Below, one piece after another: positions 35,461-50,000 of a stretch of 64,000 nt of DNA (its first letter is position 1; each line of letters starts with the position of its first letter). The notes beneath the pieces are model-generated. The model saw only the letters and a program-made list of their open reading frames with translations. It had not been told where the DNA came from and did not search any database. A program made the position numbers and the translations under genes. Where the stretch lies: contig JBHGNT010000022.1 of NCBI GenBank assembly GCA_043228905.1, positions 11,408,001-11,472,000 on the forward strand. Direction: 5' to 3'. This DNA is from Azolla caroliniana. Lineage: Eukaryota; Plantae; Polypodiophyta.

Positions 35461-37017
35461 GGCTCGGGTTCGGAAGAGTGGCTGGTGAGACATCGTCACT
35501 CGGCGCAGGGAGGCTGTTCTGGATGTTGCTGCTTGAATGACGTCGGTTTCTCCTCGGCGGCTTGCCATAGCTCAGTAGCCCGTTTGGCTTGCTGATGCGC
35601 CGTTTTGATCCGTCGGGCATGTCCTTGGCTGCCCGAGTAGTGTGGTGCAGATTTCGATATGCCTCGACTAAGGCCGTGTTCAGATCTAGTAGCTCCATGA
35701 GGAGAGAAGCATTCTGTGCTTGCTTCTTCCGTCCTATCTTCTGTAAGGCTTGATCCCCGTAAGGTTCTATTTCTCCCATTAGAGCGTGTTGGATCATCTT
35801 GGTTTCCGCGTGCTCCTTAGCCATACGAGCGGCGGCAGCAACTTGGGCGCGCGTGAGAAAATCCATTAACTCATATGTTGTGCCCAGTCGAAGTAATGCA
35901 CTGAACTCGTATGCCTCCGCGGGGAGATCTTTGTAACCGAGGACTTCCTCCTCTGATATTTGCGTGGTTTGTCCATGCTCGATCCTACGGACTTGGAGCC
36001 ATGACTCTGCTGGTACCAAGGCCGTGGAGGTCGAGCTGGCCTCTTTTGATTTCTGAGGATGGTTGGCCTCGGTTGCTGTGTTTGACTCTCGAAAGATGCG
36101 GCGTCTTTTGGCGGCTGATCCTGTGAGTCCGGGGTCGGTGGTGTTGGCTCCTCAGATTCTTTCCTCTTTCGTTGCCATATGCCCGACTGCTGGCGTCTTT
36201 TTGGCAGCTGATCCTGTGAGTTCGGGGCTGGTGATGTTGGCTCCTCGGCTTCTTTCCTCTTTTGTTGCCGTATGCCCGAGTGTTGTTGGCTTGTGGGCCG
36301 TGGGCTCTGTTGTGGAGAGGGCATTGATGTCGTGGTGTTTTCTGGCGTATGGTGACATCCTCAGTGATGGGCTCCTCGGCCTCGTCCCATTCGACACGGG
36401 TTGCTGTTAACGCCCGATGTTTTTGTGTTTTTGGTGGGGGTGGTGCCGAGGCGGAAGTAGGGTTCCGGACGGCCGGAGGTCAGGATGTGACGAGGGGAAA
36501 CCGAAGGAGGTGGGTAGAGGACTGTGAGGAAGTGATTAATCACAGGCAACAAGCGCTTATTGGTTTGAAAAGATTCGAGCGTTGCACGGACTCCTTCGTC
36601 GGTGATGTTTCCCCAATCGATTTTGTCGCCTTCATACACTCGAATGATGATGGCAGCTTTGTTCAGTGGCATACTCGTGGGATTTGTATGCACAAAGGCA
36701 TATTCCATCAAAATACGAGCGATCTCCCCAAAAGCTTTGTTTGGCCCTTCGTAACTGTGGTAAGCTTTACCCGACATCGAATACATCCCAAAATATTCCT
36801 TGATAATCGAGTGGGGAGGGATTTCGACCTCATGGTCTCCGCCCTGCGCAAGGTCCAGAGCCGCTCGAATCATGTTGTTGGATACTGTGTCAGGGTGGAT
36901 TCTACGTGCTATCGTTGGGGCGTCAGGGTGTGTTGGGGCGTCGATGACCTGTAAGTACCCACCCAGTCCTCGTTGTTGTAGCCAAGAACGGGTTTCCTCC
37001 GATGCGGCGAGAGTCAT
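35461..37017 (-). pseudogene. N-terminal half of element A extra 3' ORF (frameshifted; includes an ~87-bp tandem duplication near 36095-36280)
   Basis: RSWLQQRGLGGYL, IRAALDLAQGG, EIARILME, YEGDKIDW are homologous to B's extra ORF. Confidence 0.78.
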
Positions 37018-37536
37018 GGTGGATGCAAAGGTTTGCTGGCCAGAGGCGTGGGTAGAAGCGATGAGACGAGGGCGACACAGAGCGTTGGGGGAACGTTGTT
37101 GGTCTGTGCAAGGGCTACGAGGGCGAGAGGTAGGAGTCCGTTTGTAGGGGCTATGAGAACGAGATAGACCTGCAGAGCTTGAAGGCGGTGAAGGCAAGAA
37201 TGCGTCTGAGTGAGTGGGCGTGTTGTGTGTGGGGTAATTTCTTTTATGTGACTGCCTAGGGTTTTGTGCAGGGAGAAGATCCTTGAGATTCCTAGTCGTG
37301 CCTGCCATAATAAGGTATTATGGCCACACGTCCCATGAGTGCTAGTGTGGTGTGCATGCTCTTTAAATATTCTATTTTAAAGTGGATGTGACTAGCTGGT
37401 GCGCCTAAAAAAAATAAATCTCGTGATTTGGGGTGATTAGTTAGGTAATTTTAGGTAATGCTAATTTAACTACTAAAAATCATTCCTACTATATACATTT
37501 GGTGGGTAGGTCATGATTTTACCGATGGGGACACGT

Positions 37537-40500
37537 TGTCGTGGAGAAAACCGTCCCTAGGCGGAAACCGAGTATAACGTGCGTAAACCGGCCCTTACAT
37601 GTGGGCACAAGTTTTGTTGTATAGTACGTAGGTAGGTACAAGTCACCTGAGGCGAAATCCTAGGTAGTACGCGTTCGGTAGGGAGGAAATCGAGGCGTAT
37701 CCCTGTCCGAAAGGACAGGGAATAAAAACGATGTAACGAGTGGTAACAGCCTCCCTCCTTGGGTTATAAAAGAGAGGGAGAAGGGAGGAAGGGCTGTCGG
37801 ACAGGGACTGAGCTCTCTCCTCCATCGTTCGACTTTCTCTGCAGGATTTCGGACTGTGTTGCCTCTGCTTCGTGGACAACCCGTGTGCTTCCGGTAGAGG
37901 CTCCACTGTGCAGTTGGGCTGAGTGCGTGCGTCAACATCGTGTGTATGTGTGTGTGTCTGCCTGGGTTGGGTCCGTCGCCGGCTTGCCGGTTGTAATCGT
38001 TGTCGATTGTAATTAAGACTTTGTTCTCTATCTCTTTCCTCCTCTGTGTTTCTACAAGCCGCTCTCTCTCTCTCTCTCCCCTCTTTCTCACACCCCTTGG
38101 TTCAAGGCCGATGCGGTCCCGCCTCTTTCTGAACGCGAAGAGCATAACAACACGACATATTTGGTGAACCCGACGTGAACAGGCGGCAAAGGAGTGAAGG
38201 ATGAGGGGATCCGAGCTTGCTAAAGCTATGGCCGTAGCTGTCGACCGGCTAGTGAACGCTCGCGAGGGAACGGGTGCCCTCGACAGGGCCATTGAGTCGA
38301 TCGTCGGCACCATAGGTCGATTTAGTGGGAAGAATGCCATGAGCTACTTGGAGGCCTACCGGGCCAAAATGATCATGAGGGATATCACGGTGGACAAGCG
38401 GTTGTTCGGATTCCCTCGGGTAGTGATGCCGAGCATCCACGCAGAGGTGCTCAAGGTGTTGGCCGGATGCTGGACTTGGGAGGAGTTTGAGTTGCGGCTC
38501 CTCGAGATGTATGGGTTCGATGACTCGCTTCGGTTGTCAAAGCGAGACTTCATGGCATGGGTTGAGAGCCCAGGGAAGGGGAGAAACGCATCGACGCTCC
38601 TCTAGGAGTTCGAGAAACGGTTCGCACAACTGTCAACGCTGGACCAGACCGTGCTCGACAAAAGCCGGGTACTACTGTTCGTCAAGGCGGTGGACGCCAT
38701 GGACCGGGAGAAGGTGGGTCTCCTGTTAGAAACAGACGAAGGGCTCATGGCAGACTAGGCCATGGTAAGGAGAATGCGGTCGTTTCGACAAGCGGCGTGA
38801 GTGGAGCAATGAGGGCTCGTCGGCGGCAAGGCCGGTCCCGGCGAGGGAGCTCGAGGAGCTGGTCTAGGTACCGGCTAGGAAGGAAGAAACTTGGAGTTGG
38901 CTTGAGACGGGCTCAGCCCCGAGCGGAGTGGTCAAAGGTCCCTCCGGAGGCACGGCTCTAGAAGAGCTGTCGCAGATGGTGTGAGATCTCCAAATCGCAC
39001 AGGCCCGGAGGGACAGTGGCGAATAGTCTCGTGACCGAAGGCGAATAGCCTCTAAACGGTGCATGTGGTACGACACGGTCAGCCACATACGGAAAGAATG
39101 CGTGGATTTCGTAGAGGCACTCAAGACAAACGTGGTTTACCTCTCAAACGAGCGAGTGCACGCGAGCGAGACCCGGAAAGCCCTAGAGTTGAATTCAAGG
39201 CGCGGCGGAATGAAGTCGTTGATGGAAGAGGCCACAGCACGACATGCAGAGGCCGTTAACTACTCGGCGTCGACGGGAATCCGGGTCAGTGATGATGAGG
39301 CCCGGAAAGCGAAGGACTCCAGATTCTGGCCGCTGGTGCTAGAGGGTCACCCTAGAGTACGGTTGAAGAAGGAAGAGGTAGAGCGCACGGAACAGCAGAT
39401 CCGGGAGGTCACCGGATGGGACGACTCGGTGGAAGAGAAGACTGGCTTCGTGGCAGCCGCATGCTAGAACTACGAGGTTCTGGTAGAAGACAAGCACGCG
39501 GGAAAGGCCGGAGGGGCATGCCCTCATAGCGGTACGAGACCCGGTTCAGACCGAAGCCGAATGAGACCGTCAACGTCGGCGCACCGGAGAAGAAGAAGCA
39601 GGCCGGTTTCCGGCTGAGCACCGAAATCGAACGAACGACGGACCTGCGAAAGGTCCTAGAAGAGAGAATTCTCGACAGCAAGGTTGAGCTGTCGTTACGG
39701 GAGGTGCTAGGGATCGCCAAGAAGGAGTTCCACGACTCTATCGTGGACTTGGTGAAGCGGAAGAGGCTCTCGACGGAACCGGAACTGGAGAGGCCGGTGG
39801 AAGTGCGGACGATGCACTTAGAAGACACGGCCCTACAGGATGAGTTGGCGGAAAGCCACTACGCGAAGCCGCATTGGGCCAGGGCCACTACGGAAACCCC
39901 TGTTCGGATCGGCGACGTCCAGGAGCCGGTGGTGACATTGGTAGACCACGGTTCGGAGATCAACCTGATGTCCATGGACTTCTATAAAAGGGGGAAATGG
40001 CCGATCAACACCAAGCACGGGTGGAAGATACACGCGGCGACGCGCGCTACAGAGGAGGTGCATGGTGCGTGCCCGAACGTACGCGTGAAGATCGGCGACG
40101 TCGAGATAGATCAACATTTCTTCGTGCAGGAGACTTCCTCGCACCTGGTAATTCTCGGCGAACCGTACATTACGACAGCGCACATGGAGACGAAAGTACT
40201 GGACAACGGTTCGGCGTATGTGCGCTGTCGTGGAGAAAACCATCCCTACGCGGAAACCGAGTATAACGTGCGTAAACCGGCCCTTACACATGGGCACAAG
40301 TTTTGTTGTATAGTATGTAGGTAGGTACAAGTCGCCTGAGGCAAAATCCTAGGTAGTACGCGTTCGGTAGGGAGGAAATCGAGGCGTATCCCTGTCTGAA
40401 AGGACAGGGAATAAACATGATGTAACGAGTGGTAACGGCCTCCCTCCTTGGGTTATAAAAGAGAGGGAGAAGTGAGAGAAAAATATCGCATTTTTTTTTG

Positions 40501-40879
40501 GGAGTGAGGAGGAAGGCTTGTCGGACCGGGACCAAGCTCTCTCCTCCATCGTTCGACTTTCTCTACAGGATTTCGGACTGTGTTGCCTCTACTTCGTGGA
40601 CAACCCGTGTGCTTCCGGCAGAGGCTCCATTGTGTAGTTGGTCTGAGTGCGTGCGTGAGCATCGTGTGTATGTGTGTGTGTCCGCCTGGGTTGGGTCCGT
40701 CACCGGCTTGCCGGTTGTAATCGTTGTCGATTGTAATTAAGACTTTGTTCTCTGTCTCTTTCCTCCTATGTGTTTCTGCAAGTTGCTCTCTTTCTCTCTC
40801 CCCTCTTTCTCACGCTCCTTGGTTCAAGTACCCCGCGGTCCCACCTCTTTCCGAATGCGAAGAGCGTAACAACACGACA
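37537..40879 (+). mobile_element. Element I: tRNA-Trp-primed gypsy element retaining only gag-PR, inserted just downstream of A integrase
   Basis: LTRs 37537-38157 and 40226-40879; PBS TGGTGAACCCGACGTGA at 38162-38178; TSD ACGT/ATGT. Confidence 0.93.
38201..40225 (+). pseudogene. gag: Element I gag-protease with stops and frameshifts
   Basis: ORFs 38201-38605, 39063-39467 and 39704-40225 are homologous to C ORF1 (LVDHGSEIN). Confidence 0.9.
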
Positions 40880-40899
40880 ATGTGGTGTCATTCGAGGCG

Positions 40900-43800
40900 T
40901 CGTCCCTGTTCTGGTCTGTGCCGTTGGTCTCAGTGAAAGGATTAACTGGGGTCGTCCCGTGGTAAGGTCGAAGTCGGAAGCCATTTACCCAGCTCTTGAT
41001 GATGTCTCCGGCAAGTGTGCCGAGTTGGAATGTGTCATTAAACTTGTCAATGATCCAGGAGGGGCCTGTCCATCGGAATCGTAATTTACCCGGCATAGCA
41101 CCGAGTCGTGTTTGGAAGACCAGCACCGGTTTGCCGATGGTAAGTGCTTTCTCCGCGCCCTTTCGGTGTCGATCAATGAAGGCTTTGCGTTGTCGTTGGC
41201 GTTGCTCCAGGTGAGCCATGTTGGCCACTCAGTGTTCGTTGAGTTCGAGGAGTTGTTCGAACCGATATTGCTCTGATTGAGGCTCGGGTAGCCTTTCCTT
41301 AACCTGAACTCGGAGACTCGGAACTTCGAACTCGATTGGCATGACTGCTTCCTAACCAAAGGCCATCCGAAAGGGTGTAGACTGAGTGCTAGTTTTGAAT
41401 GTGGTGCGATACGCCCATAATGCACTCTGGAGCTTGTCATCCCAATCGGTGTGGTTCTCATTGATGATCTTTTTCAGGATTGTCTGCAAAATTTTATTAG
41501 TCAACACCACCAATCCGTTTGCCTATGGATAGTACGGCGTACTTTTCTTATGTACGACCGCGTAGTGTGTAGTGAGTTCGCGAATTATGTGGTTTAGAAA
41601 ATTCCCGCCTTGGTCACTAATGAGCTCGATTGGGCATCCATATCGGCACCATAGATGTTCGTATACAAAATTTGCTGTGGATGCAACGGTATTGTCCCGC
41701 AGTGCCTTAGCCTTGACCCATTTTGTGCAATAGTCCGTGGCCACGATGATGTATTTGTTACCGGTGTGGGCCGCGCCTGGTTTAAAAGGTCCTACAAACC
41801 AATTTGGTGGTGTGCGCTGCATGAGCGTGCTGCCGATGGCTATATTTGATGTGTCTACGAAGACGTGAAAAGGTTCCGACCAGACCGGTGCCTGTACCAC
41901 AGGGGCATGGGAGAGCATTAACTTCAAGGCTTGGTACGCCTCGTCTTCTGTTGAAGACCACTGAAATGGGAGTCTATGCACTGCCATGTCCAAAGGAGTC
42001 GCGAAATTGGCTGAGAGCCTTCGTGGTAGAGGGCGTGAGGGCCTTCAGAATGGCCTACACTTTATCCTGGTTGACTATGTGCTTGAGCAGGTTGCCGCTT
42101 GTCACCAAGAACACGTATTTTGCCGGATTTAAGCTCAAGTGAGCGTGTCGACATCGTTCGAGACAGAGCCATAGCAGGGTCATATGCTCCCGCTGCTGGC
42201 CATACACGGCAAAGTCGTCGAGGAACACTTGCATGAACGCCGGAATATACTCGTTGAAAATCTCTGAGATGATGTGTTGGAACGTGGCCGGTGCCGTTTT
42301 TAATCTGGACATCATTACCTCGGCCACGAAGACACCCCAATCCGTGACAAACGTCGTTTCTTCCTAATCGTCCGGGTGCATTCGGATTTGATTATAGCCA
42401 CTGAACCGATCGAGGAAACTGTAGCATTCATGACCAGCCACCATGTCAAGGACACTATCTGTGAACGGAAGAGGAAACCCATTCGTGACTGTCGCAGCAT
42501 TGAGTTTGCGGTAATCAACGCAAACGCGGATTTTCCCATTTTTCTTGGGGACCACGACGATTGGGCTTAACCATGTGGCTCTGTTTACTGGGCGTATAAA
42601 GCCTACTCAAAGGAGTTTGTCGATTTCCTCTTTGACCGTAACCGCGTAGTTGGGGTTCATACAGTACCGTCGTTGTTGGATCGGCCGAGTGTCCGGTGGG
42701 AGGTGTACTTGGTGTTGGTAACGTTGGGGATCCAATCCCTTCATATCAGTGTAAGACCAGGCGAATACATCCTAATATTCCATGAGCAGGCATATCAGGG
42801 TTGACCGTTCGTCGGTTGATAAGTTATTAGCGATTTGAAGTGTCCGCGGGTTCTCGTCTGAGCCGAGGTTCAGTGACTCGAGCGTTGATGCTTTCACCCG
42901 TTGGAAGATGGCGAGTTCTCGTTTGAACGCATCCCAAGCTTGTCGTAGTTCCACGATAGTTGTGGAATCGGCTTCGTCCTGGGAAGGGAATCTGCCGTGC
43001 CATCCTCGTCCAGTGGTGTGCCGAAACCCGAAATTGCATTTAGTTTGAAGAGGGGTATGATAGTGGGGTGATCTTCCAGGAAGTCATCCACCTCTTCGTC
43101 AGCAAAGCCATTGAGCATGTGTACCCCTTCCGCATATAAGGGCGTAGTGTTGTGGGGTGTGGTTAGGCGTTCTTCTGTTATTACCCGTACCTTGGACTTC
43201 CCCCGGCGGAAGGAGATCATATTCCACTGCCAATGTTGTTTAATATTTGTTGTGCGTAGCTAGGTTCGGCCAAGCAGCATTGGATAAGCGCCCGGAGTTT
43301 CGAGGCGTAACATGACTGCCAAGATAGTGAACATGTGGCCGCCTAACGTGAAATCAAGGTGGTGGATTAACCCGGTGGGGCGAACCGATCGCATATCGGC
43401 CATCCGCAACCAAAAGGGGCAAGGCTCCCATTGGTTTATGCCGAGGGTGTGACATGTGGCCTCGCTGATGACATTCACACCAGAGCCACCATCGCGTCCT
43501 TTAATCATGATTTTCACGGCTGGATTCTGGGAATCCATGAGGGGTGGGCCCGTCCCTAGCTCCGTTAGGTTAACAGGGGGTGAGACCGATATGTCATTAG
43601 CCGTGATCTTAGCCAAGGTATCCCGAAAGCCCGGCATGAGCGGTAACAGCTTATGTAATTGCAACAAGATCCTAGCGCTTGTAAGGGATGGTCATCTTCT
43701 GCCATGGTGGATGGTCCTGCGGTCGGTGGTGCGTCGATGCTCACGTCCTGCATCTCTGTGTGCATCCGTGCCACGTTGCTTTTATTGGCAGTCTCAATCC

Positions 43801-44076
43801 ATTCCTTGGCTGTTTGTCGGACGTCATCTTGTTCTTGCCATTGGCTGGTGTGGGTCTTTCTACGTGTAGTGACGTGTTGGATGTCGGCCATAATAGTATT
43901 CACAGCCGAAGCCTTGTCGTGGTCCGTGGTTGGGCATTGGGTAGCGTAGTGGCCAGGTTGGTTGCACTTATAGCAGAAAACAGATGCTGAGTTGCTGGTG
44001 TCACCATGCTCAATGTGTGGGAAGGAATGTGATTGGTTCCCGGCCGCTTGGGTAGGTGTGTTGGCCCGTGGCGCGG
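40900..44076 (-). pseudogene. pol: Element A gag end, PR, RT, partial RH fused by deletion to integrase
   Basis: CYKCNQPGHYATQC, GGSGVNVIS, PKKNGKIRVCVDYRKLN, FLDD; junction QRTPPNW|FVGPFKP; LISDQGG, FRWTGP. Confidence 0.9.
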
Positions 44077-47000
44077 TGTCGAGGTATTCCTCGCGGATGC
44101 GTGGAATGAGGCGGGACCTCGGGGGTCCTGTACCGAAGAGCAAGAGAGAAAGGAGAAGAAACCCACTACGTGCGAGCGTAGATTCACAGGGACACGGCCC
44201 TTCGACACAAAGACGCGAGTGGGACACCGACACAGAGAGACACGAATGTATGTATGTATTAACAAAGACAACAACAAGAACACGGAGGCAACAAAAACAC
44301 GAAGTCGGTTACAACCGAACAGGCCGGCGAACAGATGCCGATACCTGTTCGTAAACACACAGAAAGGAAGGAGTAGGTTGGAGGTGCTGCCGGAAGCCCT
44401 CGGGCATTCCTCAGAGCAGCGCGAGCCTCCCGAAACCTGCACAGGAGGAAGCTATGGAGCTTGCGAACCAGAGAGAGAGAGAAGCCTTCGAACACAAACC
44501 GACAGCACTTCATCCTCGACTCCCCGCGATCTCGTCTCCCTCCTTTTTATAGGCAAGGAAGGAGCCGTTTTCCCCTTTACTTCCTACCCACTAAATCTAC
44601 CCGCCTAGGATCTTCTAAGGGCTTCATTCGAGAAGAGCCGGTTCCTACGCTCCTGTGCACCGATTCCGCTTGTGGACGGTTTTCTTCACGACATCCGCCC
44701 CCACCTAACCGCGCATCCACCGGTATGTGCCAAATTGAGTTGGGACAGAGAAAACCGGTCCAGCCTTCATTCCCCGCTCGTCGGTTCTTCCTCGGTTTCG
44801 GATTGTTCGTCGTCGTGGTCCAGGTCACCCGGATCCGGCTCGTCATCATGACGCTTCTTGAACGCTTTGATCCGCTTCCCCATTACCGGTATCGCCATTC
44901 TCGTACCGTCGAGTTCCGCCAGATGGTACGTCGCGTTGTCGTTGGCGCTTCGTACCACGTAAGGCCCGAACCACCTTCTTGCGAACTTCCGTGTCGCTCG
45001 GTGCTATCGTACACTAGCACCCAGTCTCCTTCCTCGATCTTCTTCGGTCGGAGCCGGTGCGTTCGGTCGAACCGGGCTTTGCTCCTCATTCTTGCTTCCC
45101 GAAGCTTTTCCGCAGCTTGCTCCACGTCCTCTGGTCTTCGCTCGAGCTGTCGTATACGCGCCGCCAGCAGTTCCTCCCTGCTCATCTCGTCTCTCCAGTC
45201 CACGGTTGCCCACGAGGAGATCGTACGTTCCATCGGCATGACCGGCTTCTACCCAAACATGAGTTCTGCCGGCATGAATCCGGTTACCGAACTGTGCGTA
45301 GTTCGGTCCGCCCACAACGCGTAAGGCAACAGCCGCGGCCAGTTCCCGACTTGACCTCCGCATGCCCGAACTAGCGCCTTGACGATCGGTCTGTGTCCGC
45401 GCTCCACCTTCCCATTCGCCTCCGGATTGTACTTAGTGGTAAGCGAGAGCTTGACTCCTAGCCGGTCGAACAGCTCCTCGGCCTCTTCGGCGTCCAACTC
45501 CCCGCGATCAGCCACGATCTTCCCGACGCACCCGTACCGGCATATCACGTCCTCGATCAGGAACCGACAAACGGTCGCGGTTATTTTGTTCTGAAGGGCT
45601 CGGCCTTCCACCTGGTTCGTCAGATCTTCCCGAGCCAGGACCAGATACCGCATCTGTCCTACTCCCATCAGCATCGTCACCAGGTCTACCATCCATTTGA
45701 AGTGGATGGTCGGAGGGTACGTAGGGTGACGCTCGTCCCGATGTCGGACTACGGAGTGCATCTGACAGCTCTCGCAAGTTGTCACGAACCGATGCACATC
45801 CCGGTACAGTCCCGGCCACCAGTACTTCCCCTTTATCTTCTCGAACGTGGCCCACATTCCACAGTGTCCGGCCCAAGGGCTGTCGTGGTAGGCCGTCAGC
45901 AGCTCCTCCTGTTCTTCCTTCATCGCCACCACTCGGAGCGGGACGCCGTTCCTCTTCTTTGGGTGCTTCCATAAGTATCTCTCCCGGAGAAAGAATCGGT
46001 AAGCTTTCTTCCGGATCCGGTTGGCCTCGTCCTTCGTCCACGACGCTTCCGGCGTCATCGTCCTCAAAATTCCACCGATCTAGAGCCACTCACCGTCGTA
46101 CTTGCTCTCGTCGAAGTCGTTAAGTGCCGGAGTGCTCGTCCCATCTGTCGTCACGTACGCTGCCTCGAAGAAGTCCACGCCGACTTCTTCGTCCTCCGAA
46201 ACCATGCCGCCCTCGTCATCAAACCTCGCCCTCGAAAGCATGTCGGCCATGGCGTTGTCCTTTCCGGAAATGTGTCGTATTTCTGGGTCCAGGGACTTGA
46301 TGTACGCTATCCACCTGAGCATCGCCAGGTCCGGTGTCGCGCATCCTGAAACCATGCCGAGAATTGGCAGGCAATCCGTCTCGATAATCACTTCTGTCCC
46401 GATCAGGTAGTCTTTGTCGGCCTTTACTGCCGAAACGATACCCTAGAGTTCGCGTTTAACCTGGGCGTACCCTCGCTGTCGCTCACTGAGGACCTTCGCG
46501 CCGAATCGGATCGGGAACTGAATGCCGTCCTCGTCTTCTTGGTTGACGACCCATCCGATCCCGGTCAGGCTCGTATCCACCGTTATGTATACCGGTGTAC
46601 CCTTCTCGTAGACAGCCTTCCGGAGCGCCGGTGCTGCCGCAAGAGCTTCCTTCAACTTCTGGACCGACTCCGTGTGCTCGTCTCGCCACTCGAATCTTTG
46701 CCCCTTCTTCAGCAACCCGTATAGTGGCTCCGCAACGTGGGCGTAATGCGGGATCCATATGTGGTAGAACGCGCATGCCCCCAGGAACCTCCGAACTTCC
46801 GTAACCGAGCTACAATCGGTCTTCATTGCGGAGATGGCTTCCGGCCATAAGGTTCACATAGGTGTCCGACCACCAGGATTTCCGATTGCCCGAAGGCCGA
46901 TTTCTCCCCGGAGAAGGTGAGCCTCGCATCCTCTAGCCTTTGTAGCACCTTCTCGCAGTCGTTGATGTGTGTCGCCACGAATCGCCGGCATCCGTCCGGC

Positions 47001-50000
47001 CCGACTGTCTCGTCCTTCTCCTCCACTGGGCACCCCTTGATCGGCATTTCATCTAGAAACGGCATGGTGATGTCCGGGATGCAATCCCTCACTACCTTGT
47101 TCATTGCATTCAGCATGTGGGCTACCGAGTTGGTCCCTCCTTGTGGCAGGGTACACATTCGCACTAGGCCGAGGGGGGTTCGCGTCTCTGCTCTCCACGG
47201 CTAGCTGGAACTGGTCGTACCCCGAGTACAGATCACCGACCGAGTAAATCGACCTTCCGGCGAAGGCCTCTGCGAATTCATCTATGGTCGGTCTGATTCC
47301 TGCGTTCCGGATGGTCACTCTGTTGACCGGCTGCAGGTCCTGAATGAAGCGCAATGTTCCGTTTTTATTCGGTACGGTAAACCATCGGTTCGAGTATGGC
47401 GCGCTCGACGGTTCGAGAATACCCATATCGACTTTCTGCCTCAATAGCTCCATCAACTTCGGGATGTGAGCTCTCAGTACTGGAATCGGCTTGAGATTCC
47501 ACGGTACATGCGGTACCGTGAATATCACCATCGGCTCCACGATCGTCGAGTCTACGCACCCGATCTCTTTCGGTGAGAATGCGAAGGTTTTCCCGTGCCT
47601 TCCGAGCATTCTCCGAAACCGGTCTTCCTCCGTCGGCAGTAGGAACCCGCCCCCACCGATTTTGAGCTCCCGGAGCGTTCCGTCGGTGAAGGTGTGTCCT
47701 ATGCAGGCCGGATCTCGTAAACTGGGGTCCGACGCCACCCCTCTGATCCGGGACTCGCTGCCCTCCGGCAAGGGTGCCGCGAATGGCCTTACCTTCCGGT
47801 CCACAGTCTTGTACCTCGTGCTAACTCGGGCCGTCCGATCCAACCCGAGCCCCCGACTGAAGTTCGCAATGACTTCGTACATCTCTTCGGAACATACCGG
47901 TATCGTCCGGTCTTCGTTAAGGTCTTCTCCGGCTACCTTCCTCAGCATTCCCAAGGTGTCGTCGAAGGAGACCACCTCCACGGCTCCGCTGATTTCCGTC
48001 CGGGCCGAGAACTCCGCACGCTCGAAGTCGCACTTCCGCCCTTGTCTTTTCTCGGCCGACGATGCCGACTATCATACACCCTCCATTGTCGGAGAAGCAA
48101 AATCCCCTACCTATCGTACAGTCGTCCCGAGTGTCCGGACTGTCTCGGCCCCACGCCTTGGCAGCCCTCTCTAAAAATCCTCCCAGTTCTCACCACCGAG
48201 GGATTCACGGTTTCGCTCGTGGTTCGGTTGCACCGTCAGAAATAGGACCGAATGGCGCTCGTCCTGGCTTTTGACCCTCGCATAGGCCGAACCATTGTCC
48301 AACACCTCTCGCAATGACAGCTCCACTTTGTTGTCGAGGATCCGTTCTTCTAGGACCTTTCGTAGGTCCGTAGTCCTTTCTATCTCCGTCCCCAATCGGT
48401 ATCCGCCCTTCCTGGGGTTATCTTACGAGCTGGACCCGCCGGCATCGTTCCGTCGTTGCCCGAATCGGGTCTCGTACCGTTCTGAGGGCCCGGCCGCTCC
48501 GGCTTTCCCCACTTGTTTGTCTTCTACCAGGGCCTCGTAGTTCCGGCAGGCGGCTTCTACGAAGCCCATCTTCTCCTCGATCGGATCGCTCCACCCGGTT
48601 ATTTCCCGGACCCGTCTCTCAGCGTGGTCCGTTTCATCTTTCCTCAGTCGTGCGCCAGCGAGGCCTTCCAACATTGCCGACCAGAAACCGTCTTTGCTCT
48701 CCTTTCGGGCCTCGCTGCCCCCGACCCGAATACTGGCCGACGACGAGTAGTGGATGGCCTCCACGTGCCGGGCCGCTGCCTCTTCCATCAGTCTCTTCAT
48801 ACCTCCTCGCCCGTCGTTTCGGTTCAGGGCCCTCCTAGTGTCGCCGGCGTGCACCCGGCCTTCCCACAGGTACACCACCCTGTTCCTTAACGCCTCTACG
48901 AAATCGCCGCAGTCCTTCCGAATGTGGCCGACCTCGTCGCACCACATGCACTTGTTCCCCGCTGCCGGCCGTCGGTCACGAGCCGATTCGCCGCCTTCCC
49001 TTCGAGTCTGGGCGATCTGGAGATCCTTTATCGCCCGCGTCAACTCCTCTAGCGCTGCTCCTCCGGACGAGCCATTGACAACGCCGACCGAAGCCGGACT
49101 GGTTTCGAGCCTTTCCCGGGTTTCTTCCCTTCGCACTTGCGGTGCCAGTTCAAGCCTCCTTGCTGTGACAGAGACCGCGCCGGCCGCTCCGTTGTCAGCC
49201 CATTCTCGCCGTTTGTCGAAACGGCCACAGACTCTCTTAACCGCAGCCTAGTCGGTTGTCAGCCCGTCTTCGGTTTCCAGCAAGGAGCCGACTTGATCTC
49301 TGTCCCGCTCGTCCACCGACTTGACGAACAATAGGACCCGGCTCGTATCCAGAACGGTTCGGTCAAGCGCCGAAAGGCGCGCAAAGCGTTCTTCGAACTC
49401 CCGGAGGAGTGCCGACGCGTTTCTTCCCTTGCCGGGGGACTCCACCCATTCCATGAAGTCCCGTTTCGAAAGCCGGAGCGCGTCGTCCAACCCGTATTTT
49501 TCTAGGAGTCGGCCTTCGAACTCCTCCCAAGTACGGCTCTCCGCCCGCACCTCGAGAACCTCCGCATGGATGCTCGGCATCGCCACTCGAGGAAACCCGG
49601 CAAGACGCCTCTCTTCCGGAATGTCCCGCATCAGCATTTCTGCCCCGTAGGACGCCAAATACTTCGTGGCATCCTTTCCGCTGAACCGGCCGATCGTACC
49701 GACAACCGCCTCAATGGCTCTGTCGAGGGCGCCGGTGCCCTCACGTGCACTCAATATCCGATCCACGGCCGAAGCCATGGCCTCTGCAAGATCCGACCCC
49801 TTCATCTTCTGCTCTTCTGCCGCCTCCTTCACGTCGGGTTCACCAAAGATGTCGAGGTATTCCTCGCGGATGCGTGGAATGAGGCGGGACCTCGGGGGTC
49901 CTGTACCGAAGAGCAAGAGAGAAAGGAGAAGAAACCCACTACGTGCGAGCGTAGATTCACAGGGACACGGCCCTTCGACACAAAGACGCGAGTGGGACAC

